64,000 nucleotides of DNA from a virus (IMGVR_UViG_3300032288_001980:119899-183898), one strand, 5' to 3'. Counted from the first letter of the stretch, positions 39,155 through 48,726 are shown. Made by a program: numbers and translations. The notes: generated from the letters alone by a model not told the origin.

Positions 39155-39394
39155 TTATCTTCTTTTACTTGATTCTTTCATTGCTCTTTCTTCTTGTTCT
39201 GCCTTGTACTGAAGTGCTTCTCCAAGAGCTTCACGTTCTTCTGGGCATAAATTATAGATTTCGCTGTATGGCATTCCGCTGTAAATGGCTAATAGCATTA
39301 AATCTTTCTGTGTGGCTTTCTGGTCTTTTTCGAAAGAGCTAACGAAATCCATTAGTTTAGCGGGCTCTTTCAGTAATTGAGAAAGCCTTAGCCG
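39155..39394 (-). CDS. Tail-assembly-chaperone T-like reading frame, probably reached by -1 frameshift (or ATG 39352, 65 aa)
   Basis: Frame stays open upstream of ATG 39352 into the end of the previous gene; lies in the -1 frame after T-TTT-TTC. Confidence 0.6.
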   Translation of the reverse strand, partial: RLRLSQLLKEPAKLMDFVSSFEKDQKATQKDLMLLAIYSGMPYSEIYNLCPEEREALGEALQYKAEQEERAMKESSKRR

Positions 39395-40230
39395 AAAAAA
39401 TCGCTGGGATTAAATGTTAGGTCTGCAGAATATTCATTTCCGCATTTACTGCACTTTACAGTTAGCTTATTGTCTACACCGCAGTCAGTTATTTCTTTAA
39501 GCATTTGATCGATTAAGTCAAATTCAGGTTTACTGATACTGCCTACCCATTCTCTAAGCATTTTTCTGTCTGTAAACTCTTGATTGTCAGGAGTAATTAC
39601 TTTTTCTATACTAGAAGTAATTAAGTCTAATGTTGCATCTAATAGCCTTGTAAAACTTTGACCAGTCATTTTTAATTTTTGTAGTTGATCTTTAACTTCA
39701 GATTCAACTTGTTGGCCTTTGGCCATTTCTTCAAATCCAGCAATATTAACTTTGTTTTGCTCAGTTAATGTAAATGGCTTAAGAGATACTTTAATTCCGC
39801 TGGGCAATACAATTTCAACGTTACCTTTGTAAAATCGTGTGCTGTCTAATATAGCACCTAGGTTAACATTAACTGGTGTTACAGCATCAGGTTCACAGTC
39901 ATGAGTAAATTCCATTTCCATATTGTCACCATAGGTAGCCATACGTATAGCTACCATGATAGCATCCATATCGATTACAGGAATTTCTCCTGGGTCTATA
40001 ATGCCAGGCACACAGGTTCTAAAAACTTGTTTTATAGATTCTCCGTTTAACAATGCGTCTGGACTTTTTAACATTAACTCGTCTTTGGCAGTCATTGGAA
40101 AAACTGCTATTTCGTTAGTATCAGTTAAATCAATACCTTTAAGATAACATTTGCCCATACTGGGTAATTTAACGTACCTGGCTGGACGTTTGTTATATTG
40201 AATAAGTGGGTTCATGCGTGTGTTTTCCAT
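39388..40230 (-). CDS. Baseplate hub assembly / tail chaperone protein (T4 gp26-like), 280 aa
   Basis: Start revised to ATG 40230 with GGAG RBS; V.LPS.G..Y, PMTAKDE..LK.PDAL.NG, D.DAI..AIR.ATYG, CxxC near C-term, ends DFFG. Confidence 0.75.
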   Translation of the reverse strand: MENTRMNPLIQYNKRPARYVKLPSMGKCYLKGIDLTDTNEIAVFPMTAKDELMLKSPDALLNGESIKQVFRTCVPGIIDPGEIPVIDMDAIMVAIRMATYGDNMEMEFTHDCEPDAVTPVNVNLGAILDSTRFYKGNVEIVLPSGIKVSLKPFTLTEQNKVNIAGFEEMAKGQQVESEVKDQLQKLKMTGQSFTRLLDATLDLITSSIEKVITPDNQEFTDRKMLREWVGSISKPEFDLIDQMLKEITDCGVDNKLTVKCSKCGNEYSADLTFNPSDFFG

Positions 40231-40244
40231 GGTTTTTACTCCGA

Positions 40245-40270
40245 TAAATAATAGTGTACTCGAGTATTTA
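40245..40270. promoter_or_regulatory. Divergent late promoters (TAAATA + at 40245-40250; TAAATA - at 40265-40270)
   Basis: Motif recurs upstream of most structural genes in this window. Confidence 0.6.
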
Positions 40271-40282
40271 TATGCGTAGATA

Positions 40283-42814
40283 ATGGCTAAACCACCACAA
40301 GACATTAATTTGCCCGACGGGTCAAGTCGTCCCCAATGGGCCACTGAAGAAACACTATTAAAGCTACTGGATAAATTTGGTGGAGCTGGCGCCGCGGGCG
40401 TAGGCGGAGCTTCCGGTGCCAGTAGCGGTGGTGGAGGCAGTGCTGGCGGTGGCGCAGGCGGCAGCAATAATCCTGTTGACCAAATGGACAAAATGGGAGA
40501 GATGGCCAAGTCTCTCCGCAAAAACTTTGGCGATATGGGAGATGCTACTAAACGTCATAGTAGTTTAACGTTGGTAGCATCTGCGGCCACAATGGAAGCT
40601 TCTAAAAAGGCTTTTGAAATGGCCAAAGGCAGTGCCAGCGTTGATGGCGCGATGAAAACATTGTCTAGTGGTATGACAACTCTCGGGCAATACATTGGCG
40701 GCCCATGGGGCTTGGCATTACAAATAGCTGCCGTTGGCCTAACAATGTTGGCTAACAAAACCAAAGAATATTTGGACAGCATGGGAGAAATGGTTGATGC
40801 TGGCCTAGCCTATAGCGGAAAATTAGGCGAAAGCGCGGCATTGGCGGCAAACAGCGGACTAGCACTAAAAAGTTTTTATGCCGCATTAAAAGAAACAGGA
40901 CAAGCATATAGAGCATTGGGTTCTAATGGTATGGATGCGGCCCGAGCATTTGGCGATTTACAAACCCAAGTTAGAGATACTTATGGCACTTTTGGTATGA
41001 GTGCAGATGAATTAGCCAAAGGCAGCGCAGACTTTATTAATATATTTGCAGCCACTGGCGCCAAAGGAGCGGATGCTGTCAGCGGAGCAGCCAAGTCTTA
41101 TGGTAAGAGTTTAGAAACATTGCGAACAGTTAGTATTGCTACTGGTGCGTCAATGAATGAAATGAAAAAGAGTTTAGGCGACTTGCTTAAGAGTCCTATT
41201 ATTATTAACGGACTAAGAGCATTCGGCCGCGGCACCGAAGACGCTGTAGTAGCCATGGCTCGAGGCGCCAGCGGCTTTGAAGCAGTGTTTGGTAAATTAG
41301 GTAAAGAATTATACAGTCAAACAGCAGAAGCAAGAGCCGCAGGTCTGAGTATTATTAACACAGAACTAGGACAAGCAATTGCACCTTTTGCAGATATTCA
41401 AGTTCTAGATAATTTTAGAAAGAAATTAGAAGATAATACAGTCAGCGCAGGCGAATTTCAAGCCAGCGCACAAGCAATGGTCAACAGCATGGGACCAAAT
41501 ATTCCTACGCTACAGTTACTAGCACAGCAAGGTGACGCCAACGCTAAAAAGTTGTTAGAAATGTATAACAATGCTAAAAAGTACACAGAAATGAGTGCTG
41601 AAGAAGTAGAAGCAATCAAAGCCAAAGGCCGCGCGGAAGAAAAATTAAAAAGTATTAGCGAAAAAATGGGTGCTATGTTTGAAAAAGTCAGCAACAAATT
41701 ATTTGGAATGATTGACTTAATTCCAACAGGTATGATTGATGCTATGTCTAACTCTTTGGAATTTGTTACTGACGCTCTAGGAGCAGTAATAGACGTAGTA
41801 ATAGCAGTACTAAAACCTGCAATGTGGGCATTAGGTAAAACATTTGACTTTTTAAATCCAATTGTTAGATCATTGCAAAAAGCCATAGTGTATCTGATAT
41901 CGGGCGTAGGTTCTATAATAAGCGGATTTTTTGAACCTCTCATGGAAGCATTAGATCCTTTAATAGACATGGTCCTTGGTGTGTCGAAATTTGTATGGGA
42001 AGGCTTTACAGATATAGTTTCCTTTGTTTGGGATGTATTTGCGTGGCCTTTCAAAAAAATAGGAAGTGTAATAAGTTTTGGTCTAGACATATTTAAAACA
42101 GCCACTACTGGATTTGCTAGTTTTATGGAAGGTATAGGCGGATGGTTATGGGATTCCTTTAAAGGCGCAATGCAAGCCACTTTCGATATTTTAATGTGGC
42201 CATCTAGACAAGTAATAAAAGTAGCATCGTGGTTTTTAGACGGATGGATGGCAATTGGTAGAAAACTATTTGATTTCGTTGGTAATTTTGGTGGATGGTT
42301 ATGGGACGGACTCAAAGACATAATTTCTTCAGTAGGTGAAGCACTGTCGGGCTTTGCTTCAACTGTTGGTGAAAAAATGGCCGCGATAGGAGAGACAATA
42401 AAAGAAGGAGCAATGTGGCCGTTTAGACAAGTATCAAATTTAATATCTAGCGCCGCAGATCTGTTTATGAAGCCGTTTAGTTCAATGAATAATTGGTTTA
42501 AAAGTACTTGGCTGGGCAAAAAGATTATGGGCGGCGAAGGTAATGCCAGTGCATCAACCACAACAGATGATGCATCAAGCAGTAGTCCTATAATGAACAG
42601 TCAAGTCAGTTCTGTTTCACCTGGTGTAGTTGATGCCAATGTAAAACGAGAAAGTTTCTCTTATGGTAATATGTCAGATGTTCAAAGAACGCAAACAGAA
42701 TTAATGCAAGAAAGCCTAGCACATCAAAGACAGGCTGTGGCTCAACAGAGATTAATTGCAGACAACACCGAAAGAACTGGTAAAGCTGTTGAACAGGCCG
42801 GTGCTTACGCTTAA
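40283..42814 (+). CDS. Tape measure protein (843 aa)
   Basis: Ala/Gly-rich amphipathic helical composition, periodic Trp/Phe repeats (GGWLWD x2), between the gp26-like gene and portal. Confidence 0.7.
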   Translation: MAKPPQDINLPDGSSRPQWATEETLLKLLDKFGGAGAAGVGGASGASSGGGGSAGGGAGGSNNPVDQMDKMGEMAKSLRKNFGDMGDATKRHSSLTLVASAATMEASKKAFEMAKGSASVDGAMKTLSSGMTTLGQYIGGPWGLALQIAAVGLTMLANKTKEYLDSMGEMVDAGLAYSGKLGESAALAANSGLALKSFYAALKETGQAYRALGSNGMDAARAFGDLQTQVRDTYGTFGMSADELAKGSADFINIFAATGAKGADAVSGAAKSYGKSLETLRTVSIATGASMNEMKKSLGDLLKSPIIINGLRAFGRGTEDAVVAMARGASGFEAVFGKLGKELYSQTAEARAAGLSIINTELGQAIAPFADIQVLDNFRKKLEDNTVSAGEFQASAQAMVNSMGPNIPTLQLLAQQGDANAKKLLEMYNNAKKYTEMSAEEVEAIKAKGRAEEKLKSISEKMGAMFEKVSNKLFGMIDLIPTGMIDAMSNSLEFVTDALGAVIDVVIAVLKPAMWALGKTFDFLNPIVRSLQKAIVYLISGVGSIISGFFEPLMEALDPLIDMVLGVSKFVWEGFTDIVSFVWDVFAWPFKKIGSVISFGLDIFKTATTGFASFMEGIGGWLWDSFKGAMQATFDILMWPSRQVIKVASWFLDGWMAIGRKLFDFVGNFGGWLWDGLKDIISSVGEALSGFASTVGEKMAAIGETIKEGAMWPFRQVSNLISSAADLFMKPFSSMNNWFKSTWLGKKIMGGEGNASASTTTDDASSSSPIMNSQVSSVSPGVVDANVKRESFSYGNMSDVQRTQTELMQESLAHQRQAVAQQRLIADNTERTGKAVEQAGAYA

Positions 42815-42828
42815 CTAAATATACTACT

Positions 42829-44526
42829 ATGTCTTGGAAAAAATACTTTAACGTTCAAAAATCGTCGTTTAATACGGGAAATCAGCCACAGTCAGCTAAT
42901 TCCCGATCTGTGTCAACCAGTAAGTTTTCCAGCTATCTTAATGAAGTTTATACTGGTACTCCCAATCGTGTTGACCGTTATATGCAATATGACCAAATGG
43001 ACATGGACAGCGAAATTAATGCGGCATTAGACACTATTGCCGAATTTTGCACACAGTTCGATGCTAAAACAAATGTTCCATTTGACGTACATTTCAATGA
43101 CACTCCCACTGACAGTGAAGTAAAAGTATTGCGTAAAGCACTACAACAATGGTGCCGTATTAACGAATGGGACAAGCGTTTGTTCCGTGCTGTACGTAGT
43201 GTACTAAAATACGGTGACAACTTTTTTATTCGTGATCCAGAAACATTTGAGTGGATTTGGTTAGACCCAACTGCTCTTACTAAAATTATTATTAATCAGA
43301 CCAAAGGCAAGAAACCTGAACAATACGTTGTCAAAAACTTGTCATTGGATATGATGGACAAAACAGCCACTGATGTTATCAAGCATGATACACAGTTTAT
43401 GGCCATGAGCGCAATGAGCCGTTTGGGCAACATTCAACCTGGACAGGCAATGAACTACGGCAGCAAGAGCAATCAAGGACAAATTGAAGAATTTGGTATT
43501 GACAGCGAACACGTAGTACATTTGTCAATGACCGAAGGTATGGACAACAATTGGCCTTTTGGTACAAGTATTCTAGACAGTATCTTTAAGATTTACAAAC
43601 AAAAAGAACTGTTAGAAGATGCTATTATTATCTACCGTGTACAACGTGCTCCAGAACGTCGTGTATTTTATATTGACACAGGCAACATGCCAGCGCACAT
43701 GGCCATGGCCTTTGTTGAACGTGTTAAAAATGAAATTCATCAGCGCAGAATTCCAAGTCGTAGTGGCGGCGGGCAAACTGTTATGGATGCAGGATATAAC
43801 CCATTAAGCATGATGGAAGACTACTTCTTTGCCACAACAGCAGACGGCCGCGGCAGTAAAGTTGAAACACTACCAGGCGGTGAAAACTTAGGTCAAATTG
43901 ATGACTTAAAGTTCTTTACTAACAAAATGATGCGAGCTTTGCGTATCCCTAGTAGCTATTTGCCTACAGGTCCAGATGATGGCACAGCCGCTTATCAGGA
44001 TGGTAAAGTAGGTACAGCATTTATTCAAGAATTCCGTTTTAACAAGTATTGCCAGCGTATTCAAGGACTACTAGCACCGCATTTTGACGAAGAATTTAAG
44101 TTATTCTTAAAGTTTAAAGGTATTGAAATTGATGCTAGTACGTTTGATTTACGCTTCTTACCACCGCAAAACTTTGCGGCTTACAGAGAAACAGAACTAA
44201 ATGCCAGCAGAGCCAGTGTGTTTACTCAGCTAGCAGAAGTTCCATTCTTGAGCAGACGCTTTGTCTTAAGCAAGTATTTAGGCTTAGAAGAAGACGAAAT
44301 CGTAGAAAACGAAGAAATGTGGTTAGAAGAAAACCCAGAACAACACGAAGCCGCTGGTGTAGGCGCAGAAGATATGATGAGCGCAGGCACTGCTGGCGGT
44401 ATCGGAACTAATGAGTTAGGAGCCGTAGGAGTACAGCCCCCAGCTGAAGGTGGAGAAGAAGCACCGCCTCCTGAAGGCGGCGAAGCTGGCGGTGAAGCAC
44501 CGCCTCCAGAAGGAGCACCACAATGA
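42829..44526 (+). CDS. gp20: Portal protein, T4 gp20-like
   Basis: Y..MD.D.EI..ALD; EDA.IIYR.QRAPERRVFYID.GNMP; MMEDYF......RGSKVETLPGG.NLG.IDD..FF. Confidence 0.97.
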   Translation: MSWKKYFNVQKSSFNTGNQPQSANSRSVSTSKFSSYLNEVYTGTPNRVDRYMQYDQMDMDSEINAALDTIAEFCTQFDAKTNVPFDVHFNDTPTDSEVKVLRKALQQWCRINEWDKRLFRAVRSVLKYGDNFFIRDPETFEWIWLDPTALTKIIINQTKGKKPEQYVVKNLSLDMMDKTATDVIKHDTQFMAMSAMSRLGNIQPGQAMNYGSKSNQGQIEEFGIDSEHVVHLSMTEGMDNNWPFGTSILDSIFKIYKQKELLEDAIIIYRVQRAPERRVFYIDTGNMPAHMAMAFVERVKNEIHQRRIPSRSGGGQTVMDAGYNPLSMMEDYFFATTADGRGSKVETLPGGENLGQIDDLKFFTNKMMRALRIPSSYLPTGPDDGTAAYQDGKVGTAFIQEFRFNKYCQRIQGLLAPHFDEEFKLFLKFKGIEIDASTFDLRFLPPQNFAAYRETELNASRASVFTQLAEVPFLSRRFVLSKYLGLEEDEIVENEEMWLEENPEQHEAAGVGAEDMMSAGTAGGIGTNELGAVGVQPPAEGGEEAPPPEGGEAGGEAPPPEGAPQ

Positions 44527-44750
44527 AATTTTTAGAATTACGAGAAGGCGTAGAAGAGAAAAAAGAACAAACGCCCAACGATATTTTCAAAGGTCAATTA
44601 GACCAATTACGCAAAGACGATACTCGCAGAAGTCGTTTAACACTGATGCACTTAAATAAATTGCGTAAGATGAAAGAATTGCGTAAAGCAGAAGTTAGCA
44701 AAAAAGCTAAAAAATTGGGCATTATCTATGCCCGTGCTCAGGCACAATAA
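44523..44750 (+). CDS. Small basic prohead-core-type protein (75 aa; gp67/68 position)
   Basis: ATGA-coupled to portal; MKFLELRE N-term; D.R..RLTL..LNKLRKM. Confidence 0.65.
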   Translation: MKFLELREGVEEKKEQTPNDIFKGQLDQLRKDDTRRSRLTLMHLNKLRKMKELRKAEVSKKAKKLGIIYARAQAQ

Positions 44751-44785
44751 CCCATCTTTTTGCCCTAAGGCATACTTATGCCACG

Positions 44786-44822
44786 GCCTAAAATCAAAAA
44801 ACACTGTTTTTTAGGCCTTTTC
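44786..44822 (+). terminator. Putative terminator hairpin
   Basis: GGCCTAAAA...TTTTAGGCC followed by TTTT. Confidence 0.5.
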
Positions 44823-44895
44823 TAAGGGTATTTTATCCACCCGATTTAAATAATAATACGATAATTAACTATCTTTGGCCAAAGGAGATATAGGA

Positions 44896-45738
44896 ATGTC
44901 AAAAAAGATATTAGAACAAGTGCTAGAGCACATCCTTAATAAGGAAGAAGATAAAGCTCAAGAATTGTTACACTCTTTCTTTGTAGAGAAAGGCCGTAGC
45001 ATTTACGAAGGCTTAATCGAGAGCGACGATGTGTCTGAGGAAGAAGTTTTAGAAACTGAAGAATTAGACGACAATATGCAGGATGATTTCGGTAACGATA
45101 TCAGTGCCGCTAAAGAAGACATCGCCAGCGAAGAAATGTTTAGCGAAGAAGGCGACGAAGACGAGCTAGAATTCGGCGACGAAGACGAAGGCATGCCCGG
45201 CGATGAAGAGGAAGAAGGTATGGATGGCGGAGACGCTGGCGATACTGAAGACCAAATCGACGATGCTGTACTAGACGTTGAAGATGCTTTAGACGAATTA
45301 AAGAGCTTATTTGCTCAATTAAAAGACGAAAGTGGCGCCGGCGACATGGGCGGCGACGACGAAATGGCAATGGACATGGGTCCAGAAGAAGAAACAGAAG
45401 AAAGTTTCCAATTTGAAGATGCCGACGAATTAGACGAAAGTGCCGATCTTATTGCAGTTGCAAAGCCAGCTGGTGGCGACAACGGTAACAACACTCGTAG
45501 CCCAGTAGCCGCTAACAGCGGTGCTAAAGGTATGGCAGCAAAGCCATTCAAACTAGGCGGCAGTGAAAGCAATAAAGGCGGAACACAAGGCGGTTTACTA
45601 AACCCAACAACTAAGGAAGACAATGCTGGTAATGTTAACACTACTGGTAACAAAAAAGCTCCTAGTTTAAGTGCAGTTGCAAAGCCTGCTAAGGCCGAAG
45701 CCGCTGGTAACACACGTAGCCCTGTTGCAGGACGTTAA
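44896..45738 (+). CDS. Highly acidic prohead core/scaffold-type protein (280 aa)
   Basis: Start revised to ATG 44896; Asp/Glu-rich N-terminal two thirds, low-complexity tail with NTRSPVA x2; located between portal and protease. Confidence 0.65.
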   Translation: MSKKILEQVLEHILNKEEDKAQELLHSFFVEKGRSIYEGLIESDDVSEEEVLETEELDDNMQDDFGNDISAAKEDIASEEMFSEEGDEDELEFGDEDEGMPGDEEEEGMDGGDAGDTEDQIDDAVLDVEDALDELKSLFAQLKDESGAGDMGGDDEMAMDMGPEEETEESFQFEDADELDESADLIAVAKPAGGDNGNNTRSPVAANSGAKGMAAKPFKLGGSESNKGGTQGGLLNPTTKEDNAGNVNTTGNKKAPSLSAVAKPAKAEAAGNTRSPVAGR

Positions 45739-45740
45739 TA

Positions 45741-46379
45741 ATGCAGTACGTACCACTTAAAGAAGCACTGACTTTTGATCAAGCTAGACTTGTTGTAGAA
45801 ACCCGTGACGGTGTCGACGGTAAGTCTAAAGACTTGTTTATGAGTGGTATTTTTATTCAAGGCGGCGTTAAAAATCAAAACCAACGAGTTTACCCTGTAA
45901 ACGAAATTGGCCGCGCCGTTAAGAGTATTAAACAACGCATTGATGAAGGGTTTAGTGTTTTGGGTGAAGCAGATCACCCAGATGATTTACAAGTTAATTT
46001 GGATCGTGTAAGCCACATGATTACTGACATCTACATGGATGGTGGTAATGGACTAGGCAAGCTAAAGATCCTACCAACGCCAATGGGCAACATTGTGAAA
46101 ACATTGTTAGAAAGCGGCGTTAAATTGGGTGTAAGTTCTAGAGGTTCTGGTAATGTTAATGAAAGTGGAGAAGTTAAAGACTTTGAAATCGTTACAGTTG
46201 ACATTGTTGCGAACCCTAGTGCGCCAGAGGCGTATCCTAAGGCTATCTACGAACGTGTTATGATGAGCAATCGTCAAAGACAAATCATGGACGTGGCACA
46301 AGCTGTAAAGTATGACTCTAAAGCACAGAAATACCTCCAGGAAGAGGTTCTGAAGTTTATCCAAAACCTTAAAATCTAA
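45741..46379 (+). CDS. gp21: Prohead maturation protease, T4 gp21-like
   Basis: GIFIQG...N.N.RVYP; LGE.DHP; RVSH.I; LGVSSRG.G; D.VA.PSAP.A. Confidence 0.97.
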   Translation: MQYVPLKEALTFDQARLVVETRDGVDGKSKDLFMSGIFIQGGVKNQNQRVYPVNEIGRAVKSIKQRIDEGFSVLGEADHPDDLQVNLDRVSHMITDIYMDGGNGLGKLKILPTPMGNIVKTLLESGVKLGVSSRGSGNVNESGEVKDFEIVTVDIVANPSAPEAYPKAIYERVMMSNRQRQIMDVAQAVKYDSKAQKYLQEEVLKFIQNLKI

Positions 46380-46389
46380 GGAGAAGGTA

Positions 46390-47490
46390 ATGACAGTTTT
46401 TTCGGAACTACTCGGTTCAGAGGTACTCTCAGAAGATGTTAAGACTAAATTAGCCGAAGCTTTTGAACAAAAAGTTAACGAAGCTAAAGCAGAATTAACA
46501 GCCAACCTTCGCGAAGAATTCGCTCAACGTTATGAGCACGACAAAGGTTTAATTGTTGAATCTATGGATCAAATGATCGAAGAAGCAATTAGACAAGAAA
46601 TCGCAGAATTCAAGCAAGACAAAGACGCTCTAGTTGAAGCTCGTGTAGCTTACAAAAAGAAAGTTGCTGAACACAGCGAACTACTAAACAAGTTTGTTAT
46701 GGAAGCTCTTGCACGTGAGATCGGCGAATTGAGAAAAGACCGCCAAGCACAAGAAGCTAACTTTGCTAAGTTAGAAGAATTTGTGTTACAGCGTCTAACC
46801 GGTGAACTTAATGAATTACATGAAGATGAGCAGGCTTTACGCACAGCTCGTGTTCGTATGGTTCAAGAGGGTAAAAAGATTATTGCTGATGCAAAAGCAA
46901 AATTTGTCAAAGAAGCCGCTAACAAAGTCGAAGGCATTATTTCTAATGCTATGAAGACTGAGCTAACACAGCTTAAAGAAGACATTAAGGTTGCTCGTGA
47001 AAATGCGTTTGGTCGTAAGATCATGGAAACATTCGCCGCAGAATTCATGGCCAGCCACTTTGCAGATGGCACCGAAGTTAAGAAGATGGGCAAGCAAGTT
47101 GCCGAACTTCAAGCTAAGTTGGAAGAGACAGCTCAACAACTAGCACAAAAAGACAATATGATTGCAGAAGCTGTACGTAAAGCTAATGTCGCAGAAGACA
47201 TGGCCAAACGTGCTCGTGTAATGCAGGAGCTGGTAGCTCCATTGTCCAAAGAGAAACGTGAGATTATGGAAGATTTACTGCAAACAGTAAAGACAAGTAA
47301 TCTTAAGGAATCTTTTGAAAAATATCTACCAGCAGTTCTCAACGAAACAGTTAGCAAGACTGCTAAGAAAACGTTAGTTGAGGGCGCCAAAGCACAGACT
47401 ACTGTGTTTACTGGTAACAAGTCTGTTAGCGCAGATCAATCTACAGGTAAAGCTGAGATTGTTGCACTACGCAAACTTGCAGGATTATAA
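46390..47490 (+). CDS. gp22: Prohead scaffold, T4 gp22-like
   Basis: Coiled-coil, Glu/Lys/Ala-rich, between protease and capsid; GGAG RBS. Confidence 0.85.
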   Translation: MTVFSELLGSEVLSEDVKTKLAEAFEQKVNEAKAELTANLREEFAQRYEHDKGLIVESMDQMIEEAIRQEIAEFKQDKDALVEARVAYKKKVAEHSELLNKFVMEALAREIGELRKDRQAQEANFAKLEEFVLQRLTGELNELHEDEQALRTARVRMVQEGKKIIADAKAKFVKEAANKVEGIISNAMKTELTQLKEDIKVARENAFGRKIMETFAAEFMASHFADGTEVKKMGKQVAELQAKLEETAQQLAQKDNMIAEAVRKANVAEDMAKRARVMQELVAPLSKEKREIMEDLLQTVKTSNLKESFEKYLPAVLNETVSKTAKKTLVEGAKAQTTVFTGNKSVSADQSTGKAEIVALRKLAGL

Positions 47491-47507
47491 AAGTAAGGAG
47501 ACATTAA

Positions 47508-48674
47508 ATGTCAAGTCAACTTTTTGAGTCTCAAAACTGGTCAGCTACTAAAGAAGCTCTGCTAGAAGGACTCGACGGCAACAAGAAAGCCGTAATGGAA
47601 ACAACATTAGAAAATACACGTAAGTATTTGAGCGAAAGTGTTTCTGCTGGTGCTACATCAAGCGGTAACGTTGCAGTTTTAAACAAAGTAATTCTGCCAG
47701 TTATCCGTCGTGTTATGCCAACAGTTATCGCTAACGAAATCGTTGGTGTTCAGCCAATGACAGGCCCAGTTGGTCAGATCCACACATTGCGTGTACGTTA
47801 TGCCCAAACAGCTAACGGCGCAACAGCTGGTGAAGAAGCTCTAAGCCCATTCAAGATTGCTGAAGCTTACTCTGGTGCTGCCAGTGGTAAAGCTGCCGCA
47901 ACAAGCGCACTAGAAGGTGAAGCTGGTAACAAACTAAGCATTCAAGTATTGAAGCAAACAGTTGAAGCTAAGACACGTAAGTTGTCTGCTCGCTGGACAT
48001 TTGAAGCTGCCCAAGACGCACAAGCCATGCACGGTTTGGACGTTGAAGCAGAAATCATGGCTGCTTTAGCACAAGAAATCACTGCTGAAATCGACCAAGA
48101 AGTTATCGGTTCTTTATTGAGCCTAGCTGGTACAGCAGTAAGCACATTTGACATGTCTGGTGGTTCTTTCACTGGTACACCTACATACGTTGGTGATCGT
48201 CACGCTGTTCTTGCTATTCTTATCAACAACGCCGCTAACTTGATCGCTCAGCGTACACGTCGCGGTGCTGGTAACTATGTTGTTGTTAGCCCAACAGCAT
48301 TGACAGTACTACAAAGTGCTACAACATCTGCTTTCGCACGTACTACTGAAGGTACATTCGAAGCTCCAACAAATACCAAGTTTGTTGGTACATTAAACAG
48401 CTCTATGCGTGTATACGTAAACAGCTATGCCAACGAAAACAGCCCAGTTCTAGTTGGTTACAAGGGTCCTAACGAGATGGATGCGGCTGCTTTCTACTGC
48501 CCATACATTCCTCTAATGAGCTCTGGTGTTGTTCTTGATCCAACAACATTTGAACCAGTTGTAAGCTTCATGACACGTTATGGTTATGTTGAGCTTACAA
48601 ATACAGCAAGCTCTCTTGGTAACGCCGCTGACTACGTTGCAAAAATTGCAATGGCTAACATCAGCTTCCAGTAA
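47508..48674 (+). CDS. gp23: Major capsid protein, T4 gp23-like
   Basis: LPVIRRVMP..IA.EIVGVQPM.GPVGQI..LR; TRKL.ARWT.EAAQD; EI..EID.E; FYCPYIPL; TF.P...FMTRYG. Confidence 0.98.
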   Translation: MSSQLFESQNWSATKEALLEGLDGNKKAVMETTLENTRKYLSESVSAGATSSGNVAVLNKVILPVIRRVMPTVIANEIVGVQPMTGPVGQIHTLRVRYAQTANGATAGEEALSPFKIAEAYSGAASGKAAATSALEGEAGNKLSIQVLKQTVEAKTRKLSARWTFEAAQDAQAMHGLDVEAEIMAALAQEITAEIDQEVIGSLLSLAGTAVSTFDMSGGSFTGTPTYVGDRHAVLAILINNAANLIAQRTRRGAGNYVVVSPTALTVLQSATTSAFARTTEGTFEAPTNTKFVGTLNSSMRVYVNSYANENSPVLVGYKGPNEMDAAAFYCPYIPLMSSGVVLDPTTFEPVVSFMTRYGYVELTNTASSLGNAADYVAKIAMANISFQ

Positions 48675-48699
48675 TCCAAGGATTGCATTAGCAAAGTTC

Positions 48700-48726
48700 A
48701 AAAAAGCGCCGCAAGGCGCTTTTTTG
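48700..48726 (+). terminator. Rho-independent terminator after the capsid gene
   Basis: AAAAAGCGCC-GCAA-GGCGCTTTTTT. Confidence 0.9.

Noticed and set aside
40231-40521. 97-aa N-terminal extension of the gp26-like ORF in the track
   Set aside because: Overlaps the tape measure start on the other strand and is the antisense of its Gly-rich tract; the true start is ATG 40230 with a GGAG RBS.
41458-42561. 367-aa minus-strand ORF inside the tape measure gene
   Set aside because: Antisense shadow of a codon-biased real gene; no RBS or motif. The same applies to the many 60-210-aa antisense ORFs inside capsid, scaffold and fibre genes.
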